59,003 nucleotides of DNA from Chiloscyllium plagiosum (Eukaryota), in contig NC_057719.1 of the NCBI RefSeq assembly GCF_004010195.1, positions 37,055,417 through 37,114,419 on the forward strand. Reading direction: 5' to 3'. Positions 23,438 to 37,194 of the stretch are shown here, in pieces. Below the pieces are notes generated by a model. That model had not been told where the DNA came from. It ran no database searches and saw nothing but the letters and a program-made list of their open reading frames with translations. Each line of letters begins with the position of its first letter. The first letter of the stretch is position 1. The translations under genes were made by a program, and so were the position numbers.

Positions 23438-25527
23438 CTCCTGCTCCTCAGATGCTGCCTGAGCTGCTGCGTTTTTCCAGCACCACACTCTCGACTCTTA
23501 TCTCCAGCATCTGCAATCCTCACTTTCTCCTGGGTTGTTCACCAAACCACCATAGTTGCATTCCAGTGAAACTTTGCTTAATAGAAATAATGGGGCCTAT
23601 GGGAAAAGTGGGGTTGGGGCAGATCAGCAAAAAATATTACTCATGATTGTTGAAAAATCATCCAAAAATCTAACACAAAGTGTAGCACAGCCTAAATTAA
23701 GGTTGAAATCAGACTTATTAACAAAACAAAAGTAAATTTAACACAGTACAATGCAAAAAAAAGCAGCTCTCTGTCCAGTACCTCTCACAGAAAGCTGCCC
23801 TGTTGGCAATTGACATTGGCGCATGCGCAGAACAGCTCTAAGACCTACACTGATGTCACACATGCATGAACACCGACACATGCGCAGAACGGCAAGAACA
23901 CTGAAGTATGTGCAGAACGGTGTGGAGATTTCGGCGCACACATCAGTGCATGCGCAGAATGAAGCACGGGAACTGATCCCACCTGGAATCATGCTATTGC
24001 CAACGGAGATAAGCGTTCTCCAAACTACCGTCCCCTAAATCTTCAGCAACATTATCGCCAAATCGCACTGCTGAAACGCACGTTATCCCAGAACTGCTAG
24101 TATAAACAAAGATAGAGGGCAATTTGTTAATATGACCTTTACCAATCCACATCTAAATATTGCTGCCCAACATTACAAATGAAGAAAACTTTAAATTTTT
24201 GTGTGAAAAAATTAATTTTGACCAAGAAATCTATATTCAACTTTTTACACTGACAATTCTCATTGAACTTGAACTTAAAAGGGTATGCTACTGCCAACAT
24301 TATGACAACATTGTAAAAGAATGTGAAGGCTCCACTTTATTTTGTTGATGCCCTTGTAATATCCACTGGACAAAAGAGATCAAGTCATTGTTTACAGTTG
24401 AATCATTGCCAGACATTCTTCTACAATTTTTTTTAAACTAGAAAATGCTTTCAAATTGTTGGTATTGATGCTATGTTTATAAAGCATAGTTCATGAAATC
24501 ACAGAGCCGGAAGATCACCTTTGGATCATCAGCACAATACCCCCTACCCCGAATATCCTTAGGTCAACAGCACAGAAATTTCGCTATTGTATGCCTTACT
24601 TGGAAAGTAAGGGTGCTACTCTAAAATGTCAGATGATTCCAAGATTCAAAACTTAAAAAGTAATGAGATGAGGTTCACAGAATCAAATGTGTTTCCAACA
24701 GAGGAAAGAAAATTTAAAAGGGTCATAAGAAGAATTTTCTCCTCAAAGTGGTGGGTTTCTTGCATAAATCTCAGTCAAAGTAATTAGTGTTGTTTTAATC
24801 TAGAAAAGAACTCAATGGGGAGACAGAACAACAGTAGTTTTAGTTTTGGATGGTTTCAGTAACCAGTACATCAGCCACATGCCCATGTTCAAGAGATGAC
24901 AGAGCAGAGCTGAGTAACTGCATTTTTGAATCAGTAAGTAACGAGTAGGAGATGTATATATCAGGCATGTGGTCTTAATATTCATTCTCACAGTAGGCAT
25001 ATGTACTATAATTTTCTTGTGCATTTAATAATAACATAATAAGATGAAATCATAGAGTGTGAATTTTCTCTGTTGTGTTTACTTTACTTCCTTGGTTACT
25101 GCTAAAATTCTATGCAACATGGAAGAAAATGATGGAATTCAGCACCATGGAAACACTAACAGCATTCATTAGAACTTTCATCTTCAGCAGGCCCATAAGG
25201 CAAGTTGTCTGAGCAAATGAGATCAGCAGCCTGTCATACTTCTCACTCACTTATCTTTACTAATAGTGGAGTGGAGACGGGAAATGTCATTGCATTCCAG
25301 GACAGCAGAAGAATGTAAACCCAATGAATAATGCACAACAGTAACAGGGCATATCCCTACGAATAGCCAGCAGCATCCAATCACATTTTGGGAACAGAAT
25401 CGGTCGCAAGTGTCAATGTCCCCAGCAATCTGACAACACTGGAAAACTCAAGCTGGAAATTGTAACTTTGCTGAAAGAGAAAGACAGAAAGGTATCACAC
25501 CAAGTGGTGCTGAATTAAAGCATAGTG

Positions 25528-25660
25528 AGCTCTGGTGAAAAGTCATTTAGCCTCAAAACATTAGCTGGCTCTCTCTCCATAGGTGCTGCCTGACCCGCTG
25601 AGATTTGCAGCATTTTCTGTTTTCAGTACAGCTTCGAGTACCTGCAGTAATTTGCTCCTC
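25528..25660 (+). mobile_element. Older Penelope-type terminal-repeat fragment with eroded hammerhead
   Basis: agct-ctggtga-aaagtca...aaaacatt-agct followed by gctgcctgacccgctgag. Related eroded minus-strand copies at ~44015-44110 and ~56283-56382. Confidence 0.6.
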
Positions 25661-26096
25661 TAAAGCATCTTCGTTCAGGTGAAAACTGTGAGTAATGACC
25701 GATATTGTTGAACAACACTGTGCTATACGATGAACCAAATAATCTCTTTCTATGTTGCACAAGTTCAGGGTTCTGAAGGTTAGAAGGACAAGTATATACA
25801 AAGATAGTTAAATAATTTACACAATATTATGGACAGAACAATGAACCTTGTAATCGAATATTGATTTCATAGAACCTTTGCTCAATTACCATCACTGAAA
25901 AGGGACACGCAATATAGCATTTTATGTTTGTAGACAGTTCACTTAAGGCCAGCAGATCCATTCAGCAGTTTGAATAAATTAGGTGCAATCCATGACATTA
26001 CAGTTGGAAATGGCCTATTGGAAGCAAAGACCTATGCCTTGTTCCTAAATATTCTGAAAACTGAAAGAGGATTGTTTGATCATGACTCAACCCTCA

Positions 26097-26366
<270 letters not shown>

Positions 26367-28194
26367 TCAATATACAAGAGCACAAATCTAGGAATGGAGC
26401 CTAAGTACATTTCAATATAAGCTGTAAAAGATGACAACTGTAATGCCACTGTTTGGCTGTGATAAGAGAACAAATAGACTTTACCATGAAGTATTTGGAA
26501 TGGTCAGTAAATCAGTCAAATATCAGAATATTTCCCTGCTTCTTTAAGAAGATCATTCCCCCTGTCAAATGGGTTTGTTTAAAAGGGCTTTTTAAGCAAA
26601 TATTTCAAGAACAGAATGCATTATGTTTCTGCATAGTCAATGACCTTGTCATCACATCGGGATGAAATGAAGCTTGCACATTAACAATCAACAGTTTATG
26701 AACAAAATATCATCTTTCCTGGCTTGTGTCAACATCAATTAATACTGCATTCTTTCACTTTATTTCACAACACCATAGCATTAAAATCAATTCTTTGTTG
26801 AACTGCATCCAGTTGCTGCTATACCTTTAATCAGAAACAATACACACCATGAAAGTCACTGTGTTGAATCTTCTAAGGGTCTAAAGCAAGCTCTGAGAGC
26901 AAACTGGATGTTAAGAGTTCTTGCCATGGAAGTCAGAGGCGGTACCAGGTGACTTTACTTGTCACTTGCTCCAAAGAACCTCCATGCTGGACACAAAGCA
27001 CTGACAGTTCAGAGCATGGACATGGGCACTGGACACCTGCACCCACATCCATGGGTATTAGCATCTGATTGTGCTACTCTCTAAGAACCCTCATGGTACA
27101 TCTGTACCTCAATGCTGCACTTTGGGGTAAGGACGTTTCACGCTCAGGGACATGCACCCAGCCCATGCAATTGACCAGGTTGCATCATTAGGTCATTTAC
27201 TTGCTCGATTAGCACTCATTCACTACGGGCCTACCTTGATACTCTGTCTTGTCTTGCTTTTTGCACCCGCTGTGAAATTCAGCAAAATTGACACTTAGCT
27301 CAAAAAAACATAAGATTGGGCCCACTCTTTCTATTATTAATGACTTCACTGCAAGCCAGTTTATCAATTTTTCAAGTCAAAGTGTAGACATTTTATTATG
27401 TTCACCTATACAACGTTCCCAATGCAGAACTGCACACAAAAGAGAGGTAGAGGCTGAAAATCTGCATTGAAGCTATGCAGCCCTGTCTGACTGCACTCCC
27501 CTTCAGCACTGCTCCCTGCTGGGAACAACATCATAAATTTCCACGTGTATACCTCGCTGGCTTTATCTGGCTGTGACAGGTGGTTTTGTGCTCAACTCAA
27601 GTTCTCTGGTCAGGAAGTCAGCCTCTGTGTAACACGTGAAATCACCCCTTGCATTCAAATTTGAACATAGACCCATCAGAATTTAGAATTCGAGTGACCA
27701 TGAACCTAGAACCAATCAGTGAACTTAGATTCCTGAACTGATATAAAGAAAATGGTATTTCACCACTTAGGGAAATATCACAACCTACACAGAGACTTAA
27801 AAACTTAATATTTGGAATTGCAGTGATGAATGCCTTAATATCTACATAATGCATTGGAATATTGGTGACAAATTTGCATAATAATCAGAAAAGAATTCAT
27901 GCTTATGAGTTCCAAACTAGGAGTTTGCCTCTATAACTGGACAGTAGTGGGAAAATATTTAACAGAATGCACTAAAGTTAGTTTTTGATATATTGGCTTT
28001 CGATCTTCAAACATATAAGGTTATGGGTCGGGCTCCCATCCCTATTAGAAAAGGTATGTGTTGTGGGAAGACCTAGTATCAAAAAGGAAAGGGTGATTTG
28101 GCCAGAGAAGAAGAGAATTTACTATGCACTTTATAAACCCTCTTTGGACAATCCAAACCACTTTTGGTAAAATTTGTATCTTTTGAGGATCACT

Positions 28195-28450
28195 GTTAGA
28201 TGTAAGGGATAGATATTAGCCATGATCTCAGGAGAACTCCTTACTATTACTCAGCATCTGCATCAGTTCATCAAAACTAAAACAGCCAGATGAAGTTTCT
28301 GTGAAATGCCTCATTAAAAACATGGAAGCTGACAATGCAGCACTCATGCAGGACATGATCTTGTATTCAACCAATATCAGATGCTTGAGAACTGGACGGC
28401 AGCTTGAACCCACAACTTTCTGGCTTAGAGGTAAGATGCATCAACTCAGA
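28195..28450 (-). mobile_element. DeuSINE-like fragment
   Basis: Reverse complement shows a tRNA-like head (gttgtgggttcaag) and Deu-like ggagttctcctgagatcatggctaatatctatccct. Confidence 0.6.
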
Positions 28451-31400
28451 CAAGCTCCAAATAGAAATAGAATAACTCTTTTATTACCTTAAAATTAGGA
28501 ACAAATATTATTGCAGAATTGCAAAATTTTCTATTTTAGGATTCAGAAGGCATAGGAGTTGCACTTAACACATTTTTATCAAATCACCAGAGAATAGAGT
28601 TTCAATGGTATAAAAGTGAATAGCTGAAATAGTCTGTACTACAGACACCAATGATAACACCATATCTTGCTCGATCAGCTGTTTCTGAACAGCTTTCACC
28701 AGACAATCGTGGGAAAGAGTTTCAAAGCTGTGCCTGCAAATGTTGGAAATTAGCAGACAGTCAATTTAAATGAAGTAGTCAGGAAATAATACCATAGAAT
28801 CAGCAAAGTGTGAAACCAGAATAAACATGATTAACAAAAATAGCTTGACCTTTTCATCAGACAAAGTTCTGTTTGTGATTTAAATGAGAAACATTTAACA
28901 ATGAAAACAATATTCACATCAAAACATGAAGAAAACATTAAGAAAAGCAAGAGTATTTACTTTACTGTGCTATCAATGTCACTGTGGTCCTGTTCCTGTC
29001 CCCTCCCTTATTAAAACTTTTTTATATGGTTAGTGTTCAAAGATGCAGAAGATAATGCCAAGCTTCAAATGCTTTTTTGACTGATTTTACATTCATCTAA
29101 ATAATTAATGCCATAAGTTATGTCTAAGATGGATTCCTCTACATTTTCAGAAAATTTGTACATTGAGGTCAGGATGTTCACATCCTTATATATTTTTACA
29201 TATCCAGAATAATACATTAGCGCCTTCTTTGTGTCTATGATGCCTGGAAATGATTCCTTTCCACATGCTATTAACTGATTCTAAAGTAAGTATTTTAGTG
29301 ATACAGCTGGCTGAAAATTCCCTCCTGCTTCTTCTATACCTTTTCTGTGCCTCATTTCCCCAATGTCCCATATTCATTCTTCCCATAATCCCATGCTATG
29401 CAAAACCTGTACTTTCCTGCTATATGGCTCTTCCTTTTCTGTACTCCTATGCTTGCTCATCAAACATTTAATATGGACAGAATGCATGAGTCCTATAATT
29501 ACATTGGAAACTTTTGAGATGTTCATGAAAATGTCAGAATAAACAAACAGGCATTTGAAAGCCACTTAATTTAAACACTTCTGAGGAGCTCATGAATCTA
29601 AAGAGAGATCACAGTCCCCTAGGTAGCTTTACAAATAACTCCCACTATGTTGAATCCCCTTAATATGGACTAGAGCTCAGATAGGCATTCATCATATGAT
29701 TCAATTCCACACATGGGTCATCAAAACCTCTAGGGATGAATATATTAAAGCCCTTGAACAAATGGCTATCATTTCTTTGCTTTCCCTTCATTTCGAAGAA
29801 TAAACAAGTGGCTGACTTGTTGAACAAAGAACTCAGCCATCTGTTCCACTACTTCAAAGACTGAAGAGAAGGCTAAGCTGTCAATCGATGAAAAGATGAA
29901 AGCACAAGGATTAATTGACAACGTAAAATCTGAACATCAATATTGTTCAATGCAGAAAAGCACTTTATCCACTGTATAAACTAACTTATGTTTCTTTCCA
30001 CAATCACAATGCTGATCAAATTAACAGTCGCTTATGTTTTCCAAATCTTATCATTGATCCTTGAATTAAAATTATACTTCACTCATCATACAGCAATACC
30101 TTATGAAATAGGAAGTTAGCAAAACTTTTAAATTTACCTGCCAAAGGATTCCAGATACCAAATCAAGCTTCTCCAATGGTTTCCCATACCTCTGAGTTGA
30201 CATGAACTACTCCTTCAGGAGCTGTCCCAACTCTGTGAAAACTGAGGGAATGTCTGAAATCACAGCTCCACAATGCAGCCTCCATTACAAGAATTACTGT
30301 ACATGGGCTTGGGGCTCCCACTCCTTACTTTAGATACCAGGGATAGGGTTAGAAATCCCAGAATCAGGTGTCACACTTCTTTCCACCAAGACAGCTAAGG
30401 ATCAAAAGGAAATGTACAGCTGAACTGCACACTGAGAATAAGGTTCTGAAAAGTTACTTAAGATTTGCCATTTCCAATCTTATACAACATTATATTGGGT
30501 GGATCAAAGACAGTGACTGGTCTTTGAAGTGCATCAGATCCCTTGTCTCTGTCGCACTGACCATCAAGACCTGGGCTTTGGAATGTCTAAGACACTGATA
30601 TCTCAATATGGTCAGATAGTATAAAGGGCATGTGAGACTGTTCAGAAACTATACAGAAGGCTCATTAAAGACTTGATAGCATTTATACGAGGGGGCTTTC
30701 AGAAGTTGTGAAATGCATCATACCTGAATTTCAAGCAATCTTGTTTTCTCAACAGATGATGAGTTAGAGTTAGAGTTTGTTTCAGATTTCTACCATCTGT
30801 AGCAGCTTGCCTTTTATAAAAAACACAGTTCTGTTCATTTGACAGAATCACCTTAATGCTTAAATTACATAATTTTAAGAGTACTACGTATTATGTATTG
30901 CAATTTTTCTTCTAGTTTCTCTTCTCCTTACCACAATTTTTAATAATTAATTTCACATCATAGGAAGCCAGCTGCCTTCACTTTCAACATGGCTCAGGTT
31001 AGTCACCCAGCACTATATTTGTGACCCCAATTTATTATCATCTCAGAGTGGTTGAGTATTTCAAGAACTGAAAGTCTCTATAAAATGCAAGAATCTAACC
31101 ACACTACTTATCTGAAGCATTAAGTTCATTAACATAAGACACCACAGCAACAACTAATACAGAACTGTGAATTGCACACAAAGGTGGGGAAATTCCACTT
31201 AGAAACTTATAATGATTGCTCCTTTCATATAACTGATATCTCAAGATGCTTTACAGGAAGATTGGTGAACAGTTGGCCAGAGCTTGCACTGAAATTAATA
31301 GAGGAGATGAAAAGCAATGGAGTAGGTTGTGATGATGCATTTGAGGGTGGAGAAAGATGCAGCGAGGTAGAGTAAACTGTAGTTCCATTATTTTTCTTTT

Positions 31401-32134
31401 CTGTATTAATCATTCTTAAATCATTCCTTTATTAATCTTACTTCAAGTGTGAGCTGAATAGTATTTATGGATGCACTCGATAACTGCCGCTAGATGTTTG
31501 AAGTTGATGGCCTGAATCTTCTGAGCAGCAATAATCATCTCAGATTTCGGTTCTGCTCTTAGCTTTTTGAGTGCCCCGGTGCTCTGCATTTCTGACGGGG
31601 TCTTCAGTTACAGGCCTGTTCAGAAACCTGGAGTGTTATTCCATCAAATATCATCCTTGTACCTCTGGATCGTCAGGGAAAGACAGGCCAAGTGGCATTA
31701 ATGAACATACTGGAGAATTTTGGGACATTTAATCAGCTTTTCAGGATCTTACCTCACTCTCTGATTGCAGTGAGCTGGTTTGAATGGTAGATACAATGAG
31801 AAAACCTGCTTAGCCTCATGGAGAGAATCGCTTAATCAAAATTGACCCAACTCGCACTTAGCCAAAAAATAGTAATTTTTTGTCCAATGTGGCTGACAGA
31901 AGGGTGACTCTGTGCGTCTGTATTGGTAGGATGATAGCTAGTTAGGGTAGCAGCTGTTTAGGTTATAGATAGGTAAAGTGTTAGGAGGGTGATTGGTCGA
32001 TAGGTTGGTAGCATTACAGGCGGACAGGGTAGCAGTTGGGCAGGGTGGTAAATCCGTTAGTAGGATGGTGTGATAGCAGCTGTGTTGGATGGCAGATGGG
32101 TAGTGGCAGCTGGGTTAGGTGTTATTAGTAGTTA

Positions 32135-32905
32135 CATAAAGAAACAATACAGCATAGCAACAAGACCCACCAAGCCTGCGCCAATTCCTAATCCTTATTC
32201 AGACCTACAACTCATTGCCCGTGATTTCTAATCCCTCTGGTCACCTCATGTTCACGTGTCTATCAAGATATGCCTTAAATGTTGCTAACTTGCCTGCTTC
32301 CACCACCTTCATGGGCAATGTGTTCCAGGCACTCACCATCCTCTACATGAAAAGATAACTTCTCCCTTCTTCCCGAAACTTTTCCCTCTCACCTTGAACC
32401 TGTGCCCTTCTGCAGTTGACCTTTCCACCCTGGGAAAAAGCCTCTAACTCCACACTCTCTATGCCTCGCATAATTTTGTAGACCTCCATCAAGTCGCCCC
32501 TCAGCCTCCCTCTTTCCAGTGAAAACAATCCAAGTTGATCCAACCTCATCTCATACTTAAAACTCTCTAGACCAGGCAACATCATGGTAAACCTCTACAC
32601 TCTCCCCAAAGCATTCACGTCCTTCTGGTAGTATGGTAACCAGAACTGCACTACTCCAACTGTGGCATAATTAAGGTTTTTTCTGATTGTAACATAACTT
32701 GCCAGCTATTACATTTGATGCCCTAAGTGATGAAGCCAAGCATGCTGTATGCCTTCTTGCCCACTTTATCCACCTGTGTTGTCACTTTCAGGGATCTGTG
32801 GACCTGTACTCCCAGATACCTCTATGTCAATGTTCCGAAGGGTTCAGCCATTTCTTGTATAATTCACACCTGAATTTGATTTTCCAAAGTGCACCACCTC
32901 ACATT
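32135..32905 (-). mobile_element. CR1 LINE 3' fragment
   Basis: MLPGLESFKYEMRLDQLGLFSLERGRLRGDLMEVYKIMRG. Confidence 0.88.
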
Positions 32906-35900
32906 AGGTAGCATATTAGTAATTGATTTGGATTGGGAAAGAATTTCAGAGACAGGCAGACTATTGGGATGTAGGAGGGTCAGGCTAGAGTTAGGGTTTC
33001 AGAGGGAATGGGAGACTTAGGGGTGACTCAGTGAAGTGGTATGTAGGGTGGGGACAGCTAGGCATTATAGGAGAGGTTGTGAAGGCGAGAAGTCAAGGAC
33101 GCAAGTTAGGAATTTAGAGGATACGGGTGGTTTGGTGGGAGGTCAGTGATTTTGGAGGAACCAGGATTAGGGGAAGATTCAAGTGATGTTAAGAAGGTCA
33201 GTTGGACAGTCACCCAGTGGACTTGAATTTTCTCATTCAAGATTTCCTGGGGAACTATCCAGAAACATACTGGATATCGGAACTGCCCAAAGCATCTGAC
33301 TCTATCTCAGAAGTGGAGACTTTGTCAGAAGGTGTGGGGAGCAGGGGAATTCCCTTTTTAAACTTTCAACATCCTGGTTAATTCTCACTTAGTCAATGCG
33401 CAGATCATCCGGGGGATCCTGATGCATATACTTGACCAAGGGTCCATTCTATCACTAGACAGAATCAATGTTCTGGTTCATGAACTGTTTGAAATGCTGA
33501 GTGATGGTAGGGAGCAAAGACCATTCATATGAACCTGCCATGTGTTTCAATTCACATTTCTAAAATGCATCCCCTAGGCATTAGGCAGTGACTGACTTTA
33601 AGTATGTCAGCCTCTTGCAGTCAAGATCAAGCCAACACAATTAACTGCTTATAAATGTCTTAATGGTCTATAAATCAGTAGTTAACAACTAAGTTGTAAA
33701 CTTATTCTTATATCCTAGTGAAACAAGGATCTTGTGGTGTTGTGGTAATGGTTCCTACTTCTGGGCCAGAAAGCCCAATCTGCATCACAGGTTTGTCATA
33801 CCATGTCTGAAATGGTTAATTAAAACACCAATACTGGTGAAACAGGAATGAAGAAATTGACATGAACATATGGCCAATCAGATGGACGTGGTCTTGAACT
33901 TGACAATTCGTTTTACAAATAAAGGTTCTTGTTAAATGCCAGAAACTTATATTTATGGTTACCTTTACATCATAGAATATCCCAAAGGAGCATTCACCAA
34001 GCCACATAAGGAGAAATTTGGTCAGATGACCAAGAGCTTTGTCAAAGTTTTAAAGGATAATGATGAGATTGGGTTAAAGAGGTCAGCGGTTCAAACGGTG
34101 TGTTTCCCAGACCTTAACACAATCTGTGTTCAAATAAAGTTCTATCCATTACATTTATCAGATTGCAATGCCTCCTTTTGAGCAAAACAAGGGAAAAATT
34201 GTAGTTTTCCCCAAAATTAATAACTTGTTATTGAAACTGCACTCATGCGTACATTCTAAAACCAACCTTGTTGGCTCATTGAGATTTTGTAATTTACACA
34301 GCAAATTGAGCAGTTCAATTTTTTTTGTTTTTGACTAAGTTTCAGGTTTCTTGCATTCCTGCAGCATGTATAACCAAAATATATCTAAAATGCAAACTGT
34401 AATATTTAAATGCTGCCTACGATTGTTATATTTTTGAGCAAATTTCTCTGGATACTGTTTTATTTTAGAAAGTAATTCCCTCCCTAAGTTTGCTGATGAT
34501 TTATCATGTACATCTCAACAAGCAGCCCAAAATCAAAGAAATACAATTTTTGAGATAACTAATTTCATAATTAATTTAAGATGAACATGTGGTCAGATAG
34601 AAGTTGTTTAGAACGTGCCAATTTATTTTACAAGCAAGCAATAACTTATTTCTTTATTTTTCTATTTTTGTATGTAAGATTTTGTACCTACATACCTTTG
34701 TGTCTAAGATGGTGCCGGGAATGGCCACTTTGTACACATTTCATTGTACTCCTGTACCGTGGAGTTCAGTTTACGTGATAATAAAACCTAAATCTAAAAA
34801 GTTTAATGATTTTCATGATTCACTGTATTCAAGTCTAAACGGGTGCATAGAAAATATATAACCACATAAAAGTATTTCAAAGATGTCTATAAATAACTGA
34901 ATTTCTTTAACTGTTGACTACAAGAAACAAGTGTAAGCCCAATTAGGTTTGCATTCACCATTTCTGTACAATTTTGATAGTAACGTACAGGACAGGCTTG
35001 TGTGTTGATATATTGGGAAACAAATGCACGCATTCACTATGTACCTTTATAGTTTTCAAAGTCATGTGAATTATTAAGGATGCAATTCAGTAGTAGATAA
35101 TTATATTTACACTTTAAATCAGACTGTTCATCTCAATTGTTATGTTATAGCTGCACCACAATGGTCGGCCTGACACTTCATTTGTACCGGTTTTGGAATA
35201 TTTAAACAGCACTCTAATCTGTATTGTTTAAAATGAAGAGCTAAAATCAGATACTCTCAGGTACAAACCAGGCAACTTATTACATCCTCTGGATGTCCAA
35301 GGAACTTTTCAGTTGAAATGTTACAGTTACGTATTTTCATACAGTAAGAGCCTACAAAAAAAAGTAAATAAATGACCAGAAGGTTTATTTTTTTGTGGTG
35401 TTAGTTGAGGAGGAAAGTTGCCCCAGGATATCAGGATAATTCCATAGCCTTGATCTCAACTCCCCTCAGCTGATATTGGATAATTAAAATGAAGCCAGGT
35501 ACTTATATACTTCTTTCCACAGCTCATCCTGATGTACTGAAGTATTAACTCACAGATAGGAATCCTATTACATTTGCAGATCCATATCCAACTCAGCCAT
35601 AAACCTGGGCCGGAGCAGGAAGCAACAATTACTTCTCTGACAGCCTGTTAATGAGGCACTGAGGCATTCCCAGGGTCTCTTCTAAATGTTTTCTAACCAT
35701 AATGGTACAATATGGACTGTGAAATAATTTTGAAAATATTTTTTGATGTTTTAATCTGGTTGGATAAGTCCCAAGAACCTAAACCGTGGCTGAAATCTTT
35801 GGAGTACTACAGTGATGATATGTCCCATGTTGAAGTCCAAAAGATGAACAATCTATCATTTTTCATTCTGGAATATGTACTGTGTGTTGCCACTATTAAT

Positions 35901-37194
35901 GATTTGCAGAGTTTATTTTAAAATATAGTCCTTATTCAGGTGTAAGACTGATTTAAACTTTGTGGCCTAGCAATTGGTCCACATTTCTAAGGAGGTTTTC
36001 AAACTAAGGATCCAACGTGGTGGGAATTTCCCGGTGTTGTTAATTGGCCTCAAACCTCTGGGGAGGAAAGAAATGTGTAATTTATCCACACTTCAAACAA
36101 ATGTTAAACACCCTGCCAATGGAAATGGCAGGTCAAACAGCTGTTAAAAGTCTTTTTTCCAAGAACCTTTGACCTCTCCACACATGAAAAGGAAATGAGC
36201 TGTGCGCCCCTACCCCATTGTAAGTGCAATCTGTCTAAATTTCTAGATGTGTATCTTATAAGGTCATGGATATACTTTCAATGATAATGGATTGACAATA
36301 CACTAAAGCTCTTTCCAGTTTCTGCAAAGGGATATGGACACATCCAGATTGAGAGAGTAGGAAAAGGCAAACTCTTTGAAAACAAAACCTTTATATAATA
36401 TTGCTTTTTCATGGTTTCACTGAGTTATAATTTGTTTCAGATCTACAGGCAGTGAAAAGTCTGTTCAGTAACAAGAAATGATCAAGCCTAATATGTCACA
36501 TACATTCACAAATTAATACCAGACACTGTTACCTCAGGGAGCTGCTTTTCTATTGTCAAGTGACCATTATGTTTATAAATCTACAATGACAAAAGAAGCC
36601 ATGGGAGCAGATTTTTCGATCAGCAGCAGCCAACGGCACTAGTTTTAATGAATAAGCTAAAAATAACTTTAACCAAGATGTTCTAACAAGGTAACCATTT
36701 CCTGAGTGCTTGCAGAGCAGATTAGTCACTGTTCCTATAGCCTTGGATGGAGGAGGTAGGCAGGCAGGGAAGTCATGCTTTTACAGTCAGCACATGGTCT
36801 CTGAATTGTCATTCTCATTATAACTTCTACACAAAATTCCATCTTTCTGCTCATTCATGTCTGTGATAACTTTCATCAGTAGTTCTTTTCGGAGGACATT
36901 TGGGTCACAGATTCTTTTCCATTCTCAGACATGTCAGTTCTTGTGCAGTTATCTGGTTTGTCTTTCATAAATAAATACATTCAGTATAAAACTGTCAATA
37001 TTGCTTTGGACATATTCTGTAGTTATAATATTTGTATAGGTTTAGAACACAAATACAATAGAGAATTAATGATAAAGGAACTAGCAATAGCTTAAATTTG
37101 CCTGCCAGGGAAATGAGTGTTTCATGCACAGCTTTTAAATAATAATGTGCAATTTCGCTCAAGGCCTGCGTTAACTAAGATGGAGCATGTTTGA

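Larger units (their letters stand above)
20388..23531 (+). mobile_element. Penelope-like retroelement (Neptune-like), 5'-truncated: RT C-terminus, Cys-rich linker, GIY-YIG, terminal repeat; two nested insertions
   Basis: EEVEQFINFTNTFHPNLK (~20388-20443) joins KFTWTISVTSLPFLDLSISINGDRLNTDIFYKPTDSHSYLDYTSS (21787 onward) across a CR1 insertion. VIYCIRCS*CGLVYIG (GIY-YIG with internal CxxC) at ~22435-22482. Hammerhead-bearing terminus at 23400-23531. Confidence 0.9.

Noticed and set aside
32241..32250. ATGAG|gtgacc as EVL exon 1 (Met-Ser)
   Set aside because: Lies inside a CR1 3' fragment with no promoter-like context.
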